A stretch of 64,000 nt of DNA from Paragordius varius (lineage: Eukaryota > Animalia > Nematomorpha): contig OZ176052.1 of the NCBI GenBank assembly GCA_964247055.1, positions 9,982,001 to 10,046,000 of the forward strand, given 5' to 3'. The position numbers and the translations under genes are program-made. Under the pieces are notes generated by a model. That model saw only the letters and a list, made by a program, of their open reading frames with translations, was not told the DNA's origin and made no database searches. Below are positions 19,728 through 32,282 of this stretch, one piece after another; position 1 is the first letter of the stretch; every line of letters begins with the position of its first letter.

Positions 19728-22700
19728 TTAAGATGTTATAAGTTGTGAAAGTTTGGTGGCCTTTAATTTTTGTAAGAATGGTTTTGGTTTATCGTGATGC
19801 GTTGATAAATGACTAGTGAGGGAACACGTAGATGAAGCGAATGTTTGTCCGCCCATAAATTCTAAATTAGTAGATGAAGGGGATTCAATCATTCCTTCCT
19901 CCGAGGTCGGACTTAATATAGCAGGTTGATTTTTTTCACCACAATCTTTATACATCATTCTTTGTAACTTTCCAGCCGTACTTTTACTACCCACATCATT
20001 GGGCCGATTATTTATATTGTTATCTGCATATATTTCATTGTTGTTTAAATCAATAGATGGACTATTACCATTTGTGTAGTATCCGTTCGCGATTTTATCC
20101 TCCATACCTACTCCAAAATGATTGTTAGTTGTGTTATTGTTAAGGGTACTATCGGTTTTTGTAGAAAGGCTTGATGATAAACGCGACAAAGTTTGATGCG
20201 GTGGATAAAATGCATTTGGATTTTGATGATGCATAGTATTAGCACCATTTGAGTTGCCATGGGAATAGTACAATTTGTTTTTTATGCCATTACCTAACCA
20301 AGCAAACTTAGCCGTACTTGACCGTTGTTTACACTGAGTTACATAAAATATAAAGCACACTAAAAGGATAAGAGTACTCATACTAAGAGCCAAACTTAAA
20401 TTGGAAGTCATCGTGTTGTTTGTGGATGACCAATTCTTGTTAAAATTCAAAGCTGCAGTTTTATACGGTAATTGGAATTTATCGATAACTTTGAGGCTTG
20501 TGTTTAAATGTTTAATGTTAAGATTTGTATGATTTATAAGTAACCAATACAAAACTTTAATTTGTTCCAACGTAAATGTATCGACCCTTTGCAACTCCAA
20601 TATCGAAGATTTAAGTGTGTTAATTAATGAGGATCCTTCTGAATTGACTTCAGCTACTTCGTCGTAATCAGGAGTCGTTTGTCGATCCAAAGAATTTTCG
20701 GCCGAATTTATACCATTATCATCTTCGTAATCTGAATCATCCCCTAGGTTTATAATTTGTAGTTTATAGTGATAAATTATTTAACGCTTATATATATATA
20801 TATATATATATATAAACCGATCAACAAAATTATAAAAACCTATATGCAAATTTGCCATTTTATATATTTTATTAAAAACCTGTAACATCATCTATACTAT
20901 CTCGAGGAGGCATTGCGTTGTTATTAACTTTAGCCCCATGCAAAAAATTTCGTCTTAACGATGCTTCCTCAGATTCATGTGAAATATCCAAAATTTCTCG
21001 ATTCACGGTCGAATTATTCAAGGAGTCAAATATGAATGAACGTGCTATAAATATTAAACCACAAAAAATATATTATATAATAAATGATATAATTATACCA
21101 TTTACACCCCAAAATCGCCTTAAACCTTTCATATCCACCCTTGAACATTTCAAATTCACCCTAAAAATAAATTATGTTTTTTGGCTAATATAACTGATCA
21201 TTAACTAGAAATATATCTTTATAGTATAGTTTATTGTATTATGTAAATTTTAAACTTTTCTAAAACCAAATACAAAAAAATAGGAATTAATATTCCTAAC
21301 TTTTATATTAGGTTAAATTGTTCAAGGGTCAATATGTGACGTAAATGGTATATATATAAATCTTACGGGAATTCGAGCCTTTTATAGCAGCCACAACATT
21401 AGAATTGACTTCATTATCAGAACTTTCGTGACAAACGAAAGCATTCAATGGGGGATATGACAAGGGGACCCCGCTCATATGCAATGGTGTTGCACATTTT
21501 GCACGTCCCAATATTGTACGTGCCTTAAACCGATGTAAGAAAAAGAGATTTGAGATACGGGCTTCCATCCAAATACGAAATGTTTTGAGTTTGCAATCAC
21601 AATGCCATGGGTTAACTGTTTTAATGATATATGTTATAAAAAGAAAATTATTTATATCTATTAACTTTTTGTCCTGTAATTTATATAAAAAAAAAGTTAA
21701 TGACCCCCGTATAATTTGTTTTTACGTATCTTTATTGATTTTTTACTTTGGTTTTTGAGAGGGAAATCCCTTTTTTATATATTTGATGAGTTTTATTTTA
21801 AAAGAAAATATATATTTATAATGTTCTCGACGGCACTAAATTTAAGCTTAAATTTATTCACAACAAAAAAATAACTGATTTGTAATTAAAAACTAATTAG
21901 AAATTCAGGTTTAAGGATTTATCCAAAATTTAAATTTAAAAACAAACTCGTAGACACTTAGCAAAAACTCTATTATGATATCGTCGGATTTATTGGAGTA
22001 CATAATCTCTTTTTTTATTTTTGTAATCTTTAATGATAAAATTGTTTTAGGGATATTTTTTGGTTAAATAATTTCGAGGGACGCCTTTTAGCCAACAAAC
22101 AATGTAACTGCTTCCAATAAAATTTATAAGAAACTGGAACACCTTTTTTAACAAATTTGTTAAACAATCATAGAAAAAATATCTTCTGGCCTTAAAACCT
22201 TGGTATCTAAAAGGCTATGGTACAAATATATAAATTTTTTAATAAATTTTCTTTGACCATATAACCAATTAATTTTTAAGATATTTATATATAAACTACA
22301 TCTATTGCCATTTAAAACATCTTGTTTAAAATTAATTTATAACACAGTAAAACGCTGATGATATTGATTACACTTAATTATTTTTGGGTTTTAAAAGTTA
22401 GTAAAACCAAATATCAATTATTAAAAATTAGCTTTATAAACATAAGTTTAAGCCACCATTTTTTTAACACAAAACTTACCATATATCAAATAAAATTTCA
22501 TAATTATTATTTTTCAAATATTTTAAAGTTAAAATTAAATTGTCCGTATAAGTAATTATCAAATTTGTATTAACGAAACACGGTAAATTGCATTTAATCA
22601 ATATGCATAAATAATAATTATGTAATTACATGCAATATCCATAAAAAGCAAGGAATCTTGACAATTCTCAAACAATTCGATTTGTAGATTGGTAAGATTG

Positions 22701-24715
22701 TTGTAACTTAAATCCAGGAATGTCAAATTTTTCATGTATCGTAGGACATTGGATTCCATGTTAGTTAATTGATTGTGAAAAATTTTAAAATCTGTCAGAC
22801 TTGATTCAAGCCCCTTGAAGGAACCAGATTCCAATCGACTTATATAATTTGATGATAAGTCCAATTTACTTAATTTTTTGTTGTTTTTAAAAGTGTTTTT
22901 CGACACTTTTGATATATAATTTCTTGATAAGTCAAGAGTCTCAAGATTATTTAACCGATGTAAAATCCTAGGCATTTCATGTAAAGAATTGGATTTGAGC
23001 AAAAATGTTTGTAGCCGAGATGATTCTCTTAATATATCCCCAAGGAAATGAATGCGATTAAATTTGAGTGACAAATGTTCCAAAGCCGGTAGATTGGAAA
23101 ACGAATTGTCGGGCAAAGATGTAATACTGTTACCAGATAGGTCTACATGTTGAAGGCTTTGTAGATTGTTTAAAAAATTGATGTCCCTAATTTTGTTGTT
23201 GTGTAGATCTAAATGTTTCAACGTTTGTGACAAAGGGAAAAAGGCCCCCTCATGTATCACAGATATATTACAGTTGCTTAAACTCAACTCTTCCACACCT
23301 AAGAAGTTAGATTGAAAATCTGTTTCTTTAATTGTATCAAGACCTTGGCTTGCTAGTTCCAGCTTTTTTATGGACATTGAAACGCCTAAGGTTGGTATAT
23401 GGTTTAAACCGTCTCCAGATAATACCAAATTTTTGAGTGATGGCGGAAGGGTGGTTACCGGGTTCGTTTCAACATCAGAAAGTAACGATGATTTAATAAC
23501 TAAAGTATGTAACATATCTAAGAACGATAAAGATGCAATCGAAAACACCTTTATGTTAGGGGATGTAAGATACAACTCCAATAAACTATTGGCAAACGGT
23601 TTCAGACATTCGTAGGGAAAAGCATTAAAATAATCATCGGAATCTAGGTGCCATTGATGCTCTATAATTTTCAAATGTTTTAAGCCCGACATAGTTATAT
23701 TAGGGAATTTTTTCCCATCTTTTGGCGGAGAATTGTTATTTGGGAGAAAATCATCAAATAAATCTGTTGCAATCATTTTGATTTTATTGAAATAAAACTG
23801 TACTTCAGTCAATTGATTTAGTCCATTGCCATTGTCTAGTTGTTTCAATTGGGTAAATAGATCCCTTCTAAGGAATGGGATGTTATTAAAGGAAAGAGTT
23901 AACGTTGAAATATTGTAATAAAAGTCGGATAATGCATAATTATGGCCATTAAGTAGGCCAAGATTTTTAATGGCGCCCTCATCAACGCTACCAAGCAAAG
24001 AATTTATTTCAGTCATTTCGTTTAGAAGCTTTTTTTCCGTATTCCCCAACGATGACGTTTCATTATTATGGTGAGTTGTATCTCCTCCATCATCCCATAA
24101 TCCCTCACCAATCATATCGTCAGTTAATTTAAGCCTATTTTCACGACCCCTATTACGTTTCCACAAATCATTGTTGGTCATGTTAATGAGAAGATTGGAA
24201 TTTAATCCCTGATGTCCCTTGGTGGTTTGAAGGATATTCTTACGCTGCACCTGTAATTGTGTGGCGTTCTTGATGGAATCTATGAGGATCTCATAGGACA
24301 AACTTCGACATGTAGTTTCAGATGTACCCTTTATGAGATTTAGTTTACATGCGCATTGTTTTAGACACCGTGGTCTATCCATACCGAACGGACCATTAAA
24401 ACTCGTATGGTGATTTCCTTTCATGAAAATGTCCAAGGGATGTACCAACAACAAATCTGGCATTAGGAATTTTTGGATTGCATCTAGAATACCATGTGGG
24501 CCTCGCCCCGTTGTCGTTTTAATTATAATATTATTTTGATCAACATTGTTATTGTTATTATGATTGTTATTTTGATTATTTAGCGGATGTATGGAGTGGG
24601 AAGATTGGAGGGGTGGCGGTAATATAACTACATTCCCCTGCATTGTCAAAGTCACAATAAATAACAGGAGATAAATGAAATAATAGGTGATACGAATACA
24701 AATTGTATGCTTCAT
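19728..24715 (-). CDS. Type-I transmembrane leucine-rich-repeat protein (~1171 aa; signal peptide, LRRNT-like cysteines, LRR array, LRRCT, one TM helix, low-complexity tail)
   Basis: Exons 24715-22630, 21615-21367, 21044-20880 and 20743-19728 sum to 3516 nt in frame. Hydrophobic N-terminus; CLKQCAC...TTC; many LxxLxLxxNxL repeats (e.g. LKHLDLHNNKI, LETLDLSRNYI); LRRCT FNPWHCDCKL...KCATP...FVC split by intron 1; TM LSLALSMSTLILLVCFIFYV. Confidence 0.87.
20789..20813. repeat. (TA)n microsatellite in LRR-gene intron 3
   Basis: TA run read directly. Confidence 0.9.
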
Positions 24716-26932
24716 GACCCTTAAAATTTAATTTTATAGATTTATTCCAAGGATAATATATTCGTGAGAATATGGATTTTCGTTTGACCCAATATTCAGA
24801 TATATTTAAGAGATGCTGTTTTGTTTAAAATGCGGCATTTGCTTTTCAAAGGAGTTTTTTTGTTGTGCGCTTGCCTCTTTAATGACCTATATACATATAT
24901 AAATAAATAAATATGTTTAAAATAAATTTATGTAATATTAAGTGTGAGATAATATTTTTAGCACATTTTCGATCCTGCAAATTAGTAGTATCTAATGATA
25001 ATGGTGGAAAAAAAGTAGTATTTTTAATTAAGTAATTCAAAAAATTGTGTGTAAAACCATATAAAAAAGAATGCTTGTACTGGCAGGCTAGTGTTATCAA
25101 ATCTAAAACGAAATTTAATTAGTTACTACTAACTATATAACAATTATGGTAATTAAAATAATTATAATTATTGTTCGTTTTAACTCTAAACAAAACTAAA
25201 TTTATTTATATATTTTTTGAGAATATCTACCATGTGAAAAAAATAAAAGTATCTAGGAAACCACTAGCTAAGTATTATTGCAGAATACTGAAGATAGGAA
25301 AAATATTTTAGAGGATTTCCAGTTTAAACTCCTATCAACGCAGCCCACATTGTAGCATTTAAATTAAATAACATCATGCTTGCTTCATCAATTTATGTAA
25401 AAAAAAGCTTATTGTCTCAAAACGTGTGCATAGGTCAATGGAGGTCATTTTTTGTCATTACATAACAATGCATAATCTGCATTAATACTTTTAAGTGATA
25501 AACCATGAGATAAAAATGAAGATGATATATTTTCATTTAAATAATTTTAGCCCGTGTTGATGATAAACAAATACAGTTAAATTTCATTTTTATCTACCAA
25601 ATTATGAATGAAAAAAGTACCTTTTTTTATAAAATAAGATGTTAGACATTTTTTCCAAAAATAATTTATTTATGACATTTGTGGATAATACTAGGTAGGG
25701 GATGAAAATAAATTAGTTGAAAATTTTACACCATAAAAAAAAACAAAGGCCTTTCATAACCAGTGGATACTTTCAAAAATTAACAAATGATGCTCCGCTA
25801 TAATTATTTTAGACAATTGCTTTCATATAATTATTTTGCGGTTATGGTAGGTTCGATAAATTCTAAAAGCATGTTTTAACACGTAATTTATAATTATTCA
25901 CTATTCTTTTTAAAGATTCCTTTTCTTGGCGGCTTTAATACACAACAAAATTAAATATCGGATGGAAAAAAGAAAAATTTTAATACCAATCGATTACAAT
26001 AAATTTTTTATTAAAATAAATGTATCTGATGTCATAAATATAATTAAATTTTCTGACAATTGTTAGATTCTAATTTATTTTAGAGCTGTTGGGTAATTTC
26101 TTGTTATATTTTAATGCAATTTAAGCAGCTTTTAAGTTTTGGGGGATATCAACAAATTTTGATCAAAGCGTTCCCACCCTTAAAATTATGGTGTCTTTGA
26201 GTTAAAAAGAATGAATTGTTTTAATAGTTTACCATATTTTCTATGGTTTAACTGAATATTGATTTTATACATTAATTTGATATAGATTTACCGTGTTAAA
26301 AATGCTGAAAAAGATACAAAAATTTAAACATTATTATATGGAAAAATATTCATTTCGTCCAATTATTTTTTTATCTAATCGTATTTACCAGAATTTTTAG
26401 GTAACTATACGTGATAAAATTGAAATGTACAAAGGAGATATAAAGTATTTAATGGTTTTAACGGAGAATTTGAGGTGGTCTCAAAAAGATCTCGTTTACT
26501 TATTGGGGTAGTTTTCTTCTAATAGATTAATTTAAGCTCTTACAAATATCTAAGTAAGATATAGGGCAAAATATTTTTAAGTGTTTACATCTCGTACTAA
26601 CCGAAAATTATTTGGGAATTTACTGGCTAACAAAAATGTCTAATTAAATATGTTTTTATATTTTTGTGGATTTAAATAATTATAAATTCATCTTTGTTTC
26701 AAGTAGAGTTACAAAATTTAGACTTAAAATTTACAAAACAGGAAAAAAAACTATTCATTTATTGATTGTTCAGTCAAAATACTTATAACTAGGCGTAATT
26801 ACCGATTTAAAAAATATAAAACGTGAGCAAATAAGCTGACGACTAATTTAATGGAGGCTCCATTTTGTTCATCTGACATTAAATGACAATGACACACAAG
26901 AGTCCGCTAAAAACTAGCGTCATTCAGTAATC

Positions 26933-27896
26933 ATGTCCACTTTTGTATCGGAAAAAAACTTTTGTAATACGCATTGCTTATTATTTCATCGGAAGAAAAG
27001 CACTGAAAGTTATTATTTGTCGATTTTAACATATATGAACATGCTCTATCGATTAAAGCAATTGACATGGTTTTGAAAATGTAAAGGTTGTTTTAGTCTA
27101 AAAGAGAGCAGGTGATCTGGTAGACAATGTAACTGGAAAGATGATTGAGAGTGCAAAAGAGTCAGAAGCATACAGTTTCACTATAATAATCAGTAGAAAT
27201 CTACGAACGAAACTAATAAACTCGGTAAAGAAGTCTCTCACAATGAAAACGAAAGTCAAATCGATAATCGCAGAGGGACTTACTTCTTTATCAATGTCAC
27301 AACGGAAATCATTTTAACATCGAATTGGAATGGGGGCTTCATCATGGCTTTCACTTTTCCAAGCCGGTTCATCACCAAGACTAAATAACAACCAAACTTT
27401 ATATGAAACCAGACGGTATTGTGCATTAGAGATTTTGAAACACAATCAAATCTTTACAATGCTATCTCCAACAAAGGAGTAATTTAAACCATGCATAATG
27501 GGAAAACGACCGAAATGGGCTAGTAGACACGGTAAAGTGATCTTGCTACATGATAACGTGTCACACAGCAAAACTAGTAAACGACCCCTTGAAATCGCTT
27601 TTATGGAAAATTCTTTCGCATCCGCTGAGCTTGACCTGATACCATGTGACTTATACATCTTCGCATGAATGAGGTACACCCTTGTTGAGTAACATTTCAT
27701 AATTTTAACGATGTCAAAAAATGGCTTGGGAATGGTTTGTTGGAAAAGACAAAGAATTTTTAAGATATGGTACGATGTCGAAAAATGGCTTAGGGAATGG
27801 ATTAAAAAGACAAAGAATTTTTAAGATATGGTATATAGATTACAAGAGTAATTGGCGAAATGTGTGGATGTCGATGGATATTTTGAATTTAATTAA
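26933..27896 (+). mobile_element. Degenerate mariner (Mos1/mauritiana-like) transposase relic
   Basis: Frameshifted and stop-riddled translation gives MSTFVSEK..LFHRKKSTESY..EHALS..TWF, QRKSF*HRI, DGIVH*EILK, KRPKWASRHGKVILLHDN, DLIPCDLYIFA*M, KKWL..EWFVGKDKEF and AKCVDVDGYFE. These are collinear with Mos1 transposase as recalled (MSSFVPNK..FHLKKTAAESHR, KRKSFLHRIV, RVIFLHDNAPSH, DLAPSDYHLF, KCVASDGKYFE). A ~60-bp internal tandem duplication lies near 27708-27832. Confidence 0.85.
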
Positions 27897-29196
27897 ATAA
27901 TTCATTCAATTACACTGCTCAACAAGGTTTTGCACCACTCCATTATTTTTGAATTTTTTGATACCTAATGGCATGGAAAGGCCAAAACAAAAAAGAAAAT
28001 TGAGGCCACCAATAGGATTTTTCCAAAATTTAATTTTTAAATCTGTACTTAATTCAAAAATAACAATCATTCCTCGTGTATATATGTTTAAATATTCAAA
28101 CAAGCAAGTCGATACAAGTAATATTCCATGCATGGATAACAAATTCTAGGCATTAAATAAGATACTAAACAAACTAAGAGCCAAAGTATTAAAAATCTAA
28201 AAGGGGCTTATGTATAGTGTGATAGATATGGGCGGCTGCACAAGCTCTGCATATACCCAAGCGATCCTATAATTATGCCAGATATGGCAAAGATAACAAT
28301 AAGTAATCGTAAAGTCCGATAAGAGAGACTTGCAAGCAAAATCCAAGCAAATTGACATGTCAAATTAACCAATTTACAGAATAAAGTTAAACTCTACAAT
28401 TAAAATGAATATAAATTAGGTAAATACAAATGGTCCAACCCCTACATCCATCTGAAATTCAAAATACAAAACAACCAATAATTTTAAAAAAATAAGGTAT
28501 ATCCACTAGGTATAAATAAAGGATTTTTTTATAAGAACCAACTCAAGAGAAAAAGTCTAATAAGTACTCAAAAGAACGAAAACTAACAAAAAAAATATAG
28601 CCTATCTGAAAGCCGAAGGTTTAAACCATAGAATGCCTTTTTAGTATTTTTTTAAAAATATGTGTTAAAAATTCACTTGAAAAAAAAAGACTAAATTTTG
28701 ACGTTTAAGTCCGTACTATTTTTTTCTCTCTGATATTTAAATGACATATTTATATTCAAAAGATAGAGTTTAAAACGCTTTATTAAATGATATTAAATTT
28801 ATAATATTTAATTTTCTCTCGATTTTCTCTTGTTTTTGAAAAATTAAAAAACCTATAAAATTTCAAAATTCTGATTGGCGGGATCAATATTTTTTTCAAA
28901 CACTGAAATTAGTCATAATTTAAAAAGTTTGAGTGGTGGTGCTTAAAAATGTCCAAATTTGTCGACTAGTGTTATATATTTTTTACTGATTAACTCGTTA
29001 AAACTTATGAATACACCTGTTTACCCTGTCACTGCGCATAGGCGAGTTGTCATATCAAATATATTTTTAGTTCCTGCAGCAGCGAATGATTAATATTTTT
29101 TGGCATTAGGGTTCTAACAGATTACAAAATTATAACAATATTATATTACTACTGTTTGTGTTTAGGAAATATTTTTTATAACTAAATTTCATCTAA

Positions 29197-29457
29197 CAGA
29201 GGCGTAGCTAGAGGAGGGATGAAAGGGGGCTGACGGGGCGACATAGTTAAAGGGGCGCCGGATTTTTAAAAATTTTAGTTTTATTTCAAAAAATGGGTAT
29301 ATTAAAGTTATTATTTTAAATAATACATAAAGAAAATTATCAATTTATGAGTTGTCATGATCAAAGTTTGAGTTTGATTATTTTTTTAATTCTGGTGGAG
29401 GGGGAAGGGGCGCCAAAGTATTCATGGACTGGGCGCCAGAAATGCAATGCGCCTCTG
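29197..29457. mobile_element. hAT-type MITE with perfect 8-bp target-site duplication
   Basis: Ends CAGAGGCGTAGC and GCAATGCGCCTCTG are imperfect inverted repeats. They are flanked by identical TCATCTAA at 29189-29196 and 29458-29465. An 8-bp TSD is characteristic of hAT. Confidence 0.85.
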
Positions 29458-32282
29458 TCATCTAACATTATCAAATAACTATAACTACATATTTTTAGTC
29501 ATTATCTTGGACAAATAAAATTAATAATAAAAAATGTAAAAAATGAAACAAAGATATAAATAAGATTTTTATAATTATAAAAAAGAGATGAAAAATTAAA
29601 AATTATCCTTTGAATCACCAAGATATTCTGAATTTATTTAAATCGATCAATGTAATTATAATTACCTTTTAAGGTCCTGTGTATGATTATAGTCAATTGG
29701 AGAAAATGTGTGAATATAAGATAATTAATGGATATTTAGGCAGGATAATTATGTGGCAATTTTTGTCAAAATATTTTGTAATTATTCATTTAGTTTAGAA
29801 ACAAAAAGAGACGAAAAAACAAGTGAAACGTTTAATAAACACAATTTATCCACATTTCTGTCAAATTTTATGTTGCGAAATAACACAAAAGATAGACTTA
29901 AGTTATAACTCCAGGGTAAAAATTATGGTTGCTATGCTTTTGTTGATTTTTGGACAAAAATATAAAATGTGTTATAATAATGTAGGAGACATGGCTTTTA
30001 GTTAACAACTAAGTTTTATAAATGTGAGGAAACTAATGAATTACAAAATAATAATTTATTTGATGACACGCTTGAAAATTACACACATATATATAGTATA
30101 TGCATATAATCCATTTTATCATTTTGTATCACATAATTAAATTATTCATGAAGCAAGCACCTACAAAGAATTATTTTGTTCAAAAAATGCATTCATCACT
30201 TAATGAGGTATATTTCAATGTAAAAGTTCCTGAATCAAATTGTACTGAAAATACAGAAGACTGATATATATGGTAATGTATTTGTTTGAAAAACACTTGT
30301 ATATGAAAATCTACATATTATATATTGTTATGATGTACGTTTAATGCGATTCCTATATAAAGGTTGCTGCCAAGAATAATAGGCTACGTAGCTCACTTAT
30401 GTTTTAAAAAGGATTTTATATACGAAGCAGTAAAATCCTTACCGAATGCAAGAAAAAAAGTAAAGGTAAAATAAAATCGAAAATGTGTATGTAAATTAGA
30501 GACGAGTATAAAATGCGCATTAAAAACCTATTTGAATTTTTTTATAGTAGAATGCGCAAACTTATATTCCTATATGTACATGTCATTTGTATATAATTAA
30601 TTAAAGCTTGGAAAAATATGCCATATGATATACATGAATATTAATTTATGCTATTCTGTTTAAAATAGAGAATTTGCTTTTCCATCCATATACTTTAGCA
30701 TTTCCTTCATCACCTATTCGAATGCCAAAACAATAAAATATTTTTAAAATGAAAAATGTTGTCTTTGTTAACTGTTTGTTACCAATTTTTAGTAAAAATT
30801 GAAATCAATTAAACAATGATTACTTTAATTTTTGGACATTTAAAAATTACAGATATATATTAAATATCATCAAAATGCTATAAAAACTAATTGATCGGTT
30901 AAATATATATAAATTTTACTGCTGATTTTTAACCATAATGAAGGTATTGGATTTTTCCTTTTATTAGTCTATGCTATGGTCTTTTAGCGCATTCCTTATC
31001 TATTAAAAATTTATACAGATAAAACGTTACAATAAAACTAAAAGACACCATATGTTTAAAACTTATTTCTATATTTGACTCCGTTCGATGCAAAATAAGA
31101 AATTTGAATGTAAATTAGTGACTCGCTGAAAAATATTTAAAATTTTATGCAGTAATTATCAATGTTTAAAAAGGTATAGTTTCTTTAAATATTTGTCTTT
31201 TAGTTTTTAGTCTGAATAACCATTCGCTGTTCGATAATGTCTGATTAAGTAGAAATTCAAAACTCCAGAAATAAAATTTTAAGAAAACATAAGTTTTTTG
31301 AGGTGTAAAGTGTAAACATATTTTAGGGATAACATCCTATGATCCAAAATATTTTTAAAAAAACTCTGTTGTAAAGTCTAAATTAGTTTATAGTGACTTG
31401 CAAGTGATTCATTGCTTATTTTTTCGGAAGAGGGTAGTGTTAAGATTAGGTTTAGATATTTGCACGTGACGGGTTTGACTCTTAATATTAATACAAAAAA
31501 TCAATATCGTCCCAATCGATGTAAAATGAACACTGCGTTAATTGATGTTTTAAAAAATGCTATACTTTTTATGAATATATTGGAGTGATATTTTAAATAT
31601 AATAGAATAATTTTCGCCAATTTATATCCAAATAATAAGTCTATAATGCCATCCTACGCAATTTTCGTCCATGGTGGCTTAATAAGATAATGTATAATTA
31701 AATCTATGATATTTCCTATAGGCTGCCAAAAATCCTTTAAGCATTATAATATTCCTAACAATCAATATATAAGGCCTCTGATTAAATATAAAACATGTGA
31801 CCTATATGCTTAGGTGACTTTATAACATCCCATTTAGCGGAGTCCTATCATGATTATAATTTATATCAAACCTATAAAAACTTTACTAAAAATGTTTGTT
31901 GATAAAAAATGGGTGACATTTAGATTGGTTTTCCAGTTACCACCAAAGAAGCCATAATACTTGTTATGGCTAAATAGAGATACAGCGATCGGACTCACTA
32001 TCATTTTATAATTGAAAATCTTAATTCTTAAGTTCGTATCCAACTTTAGCAAAAAATTCTTTGTTTTAAGTGGGTTTCAAAAGCATCTATTAAAAATCGA
32101 GATATTGATAGATTATATTATAATCTTTGATTTCTTACAAAATAAAATTTATACAGCTATATAATGAAAGTATGCACCTTAAAAGAAAAATAAATATTGC
32201 ACATTATTCAAGGTATAAAATAAAAACAAATAAATCAAAATAAATAATATTTAGGTATAAAATGAGTATTCGGCCCTTATAG

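Noticed and set aside
23370-23615. 81-aa plus-strand ORF
   Set aside because: Antisense shadow of the LRR exon with no independent homology.
27446-27700. 84-aa minus-strand ORF
   Set aside because: Antisense to the mariner relic.
27912-27945. Tc1-like terminus TA|CACTGCTCAAC right after the mariner relic
   Set aside because: No partner inverted repeat was located, so an element cannot be delimited.
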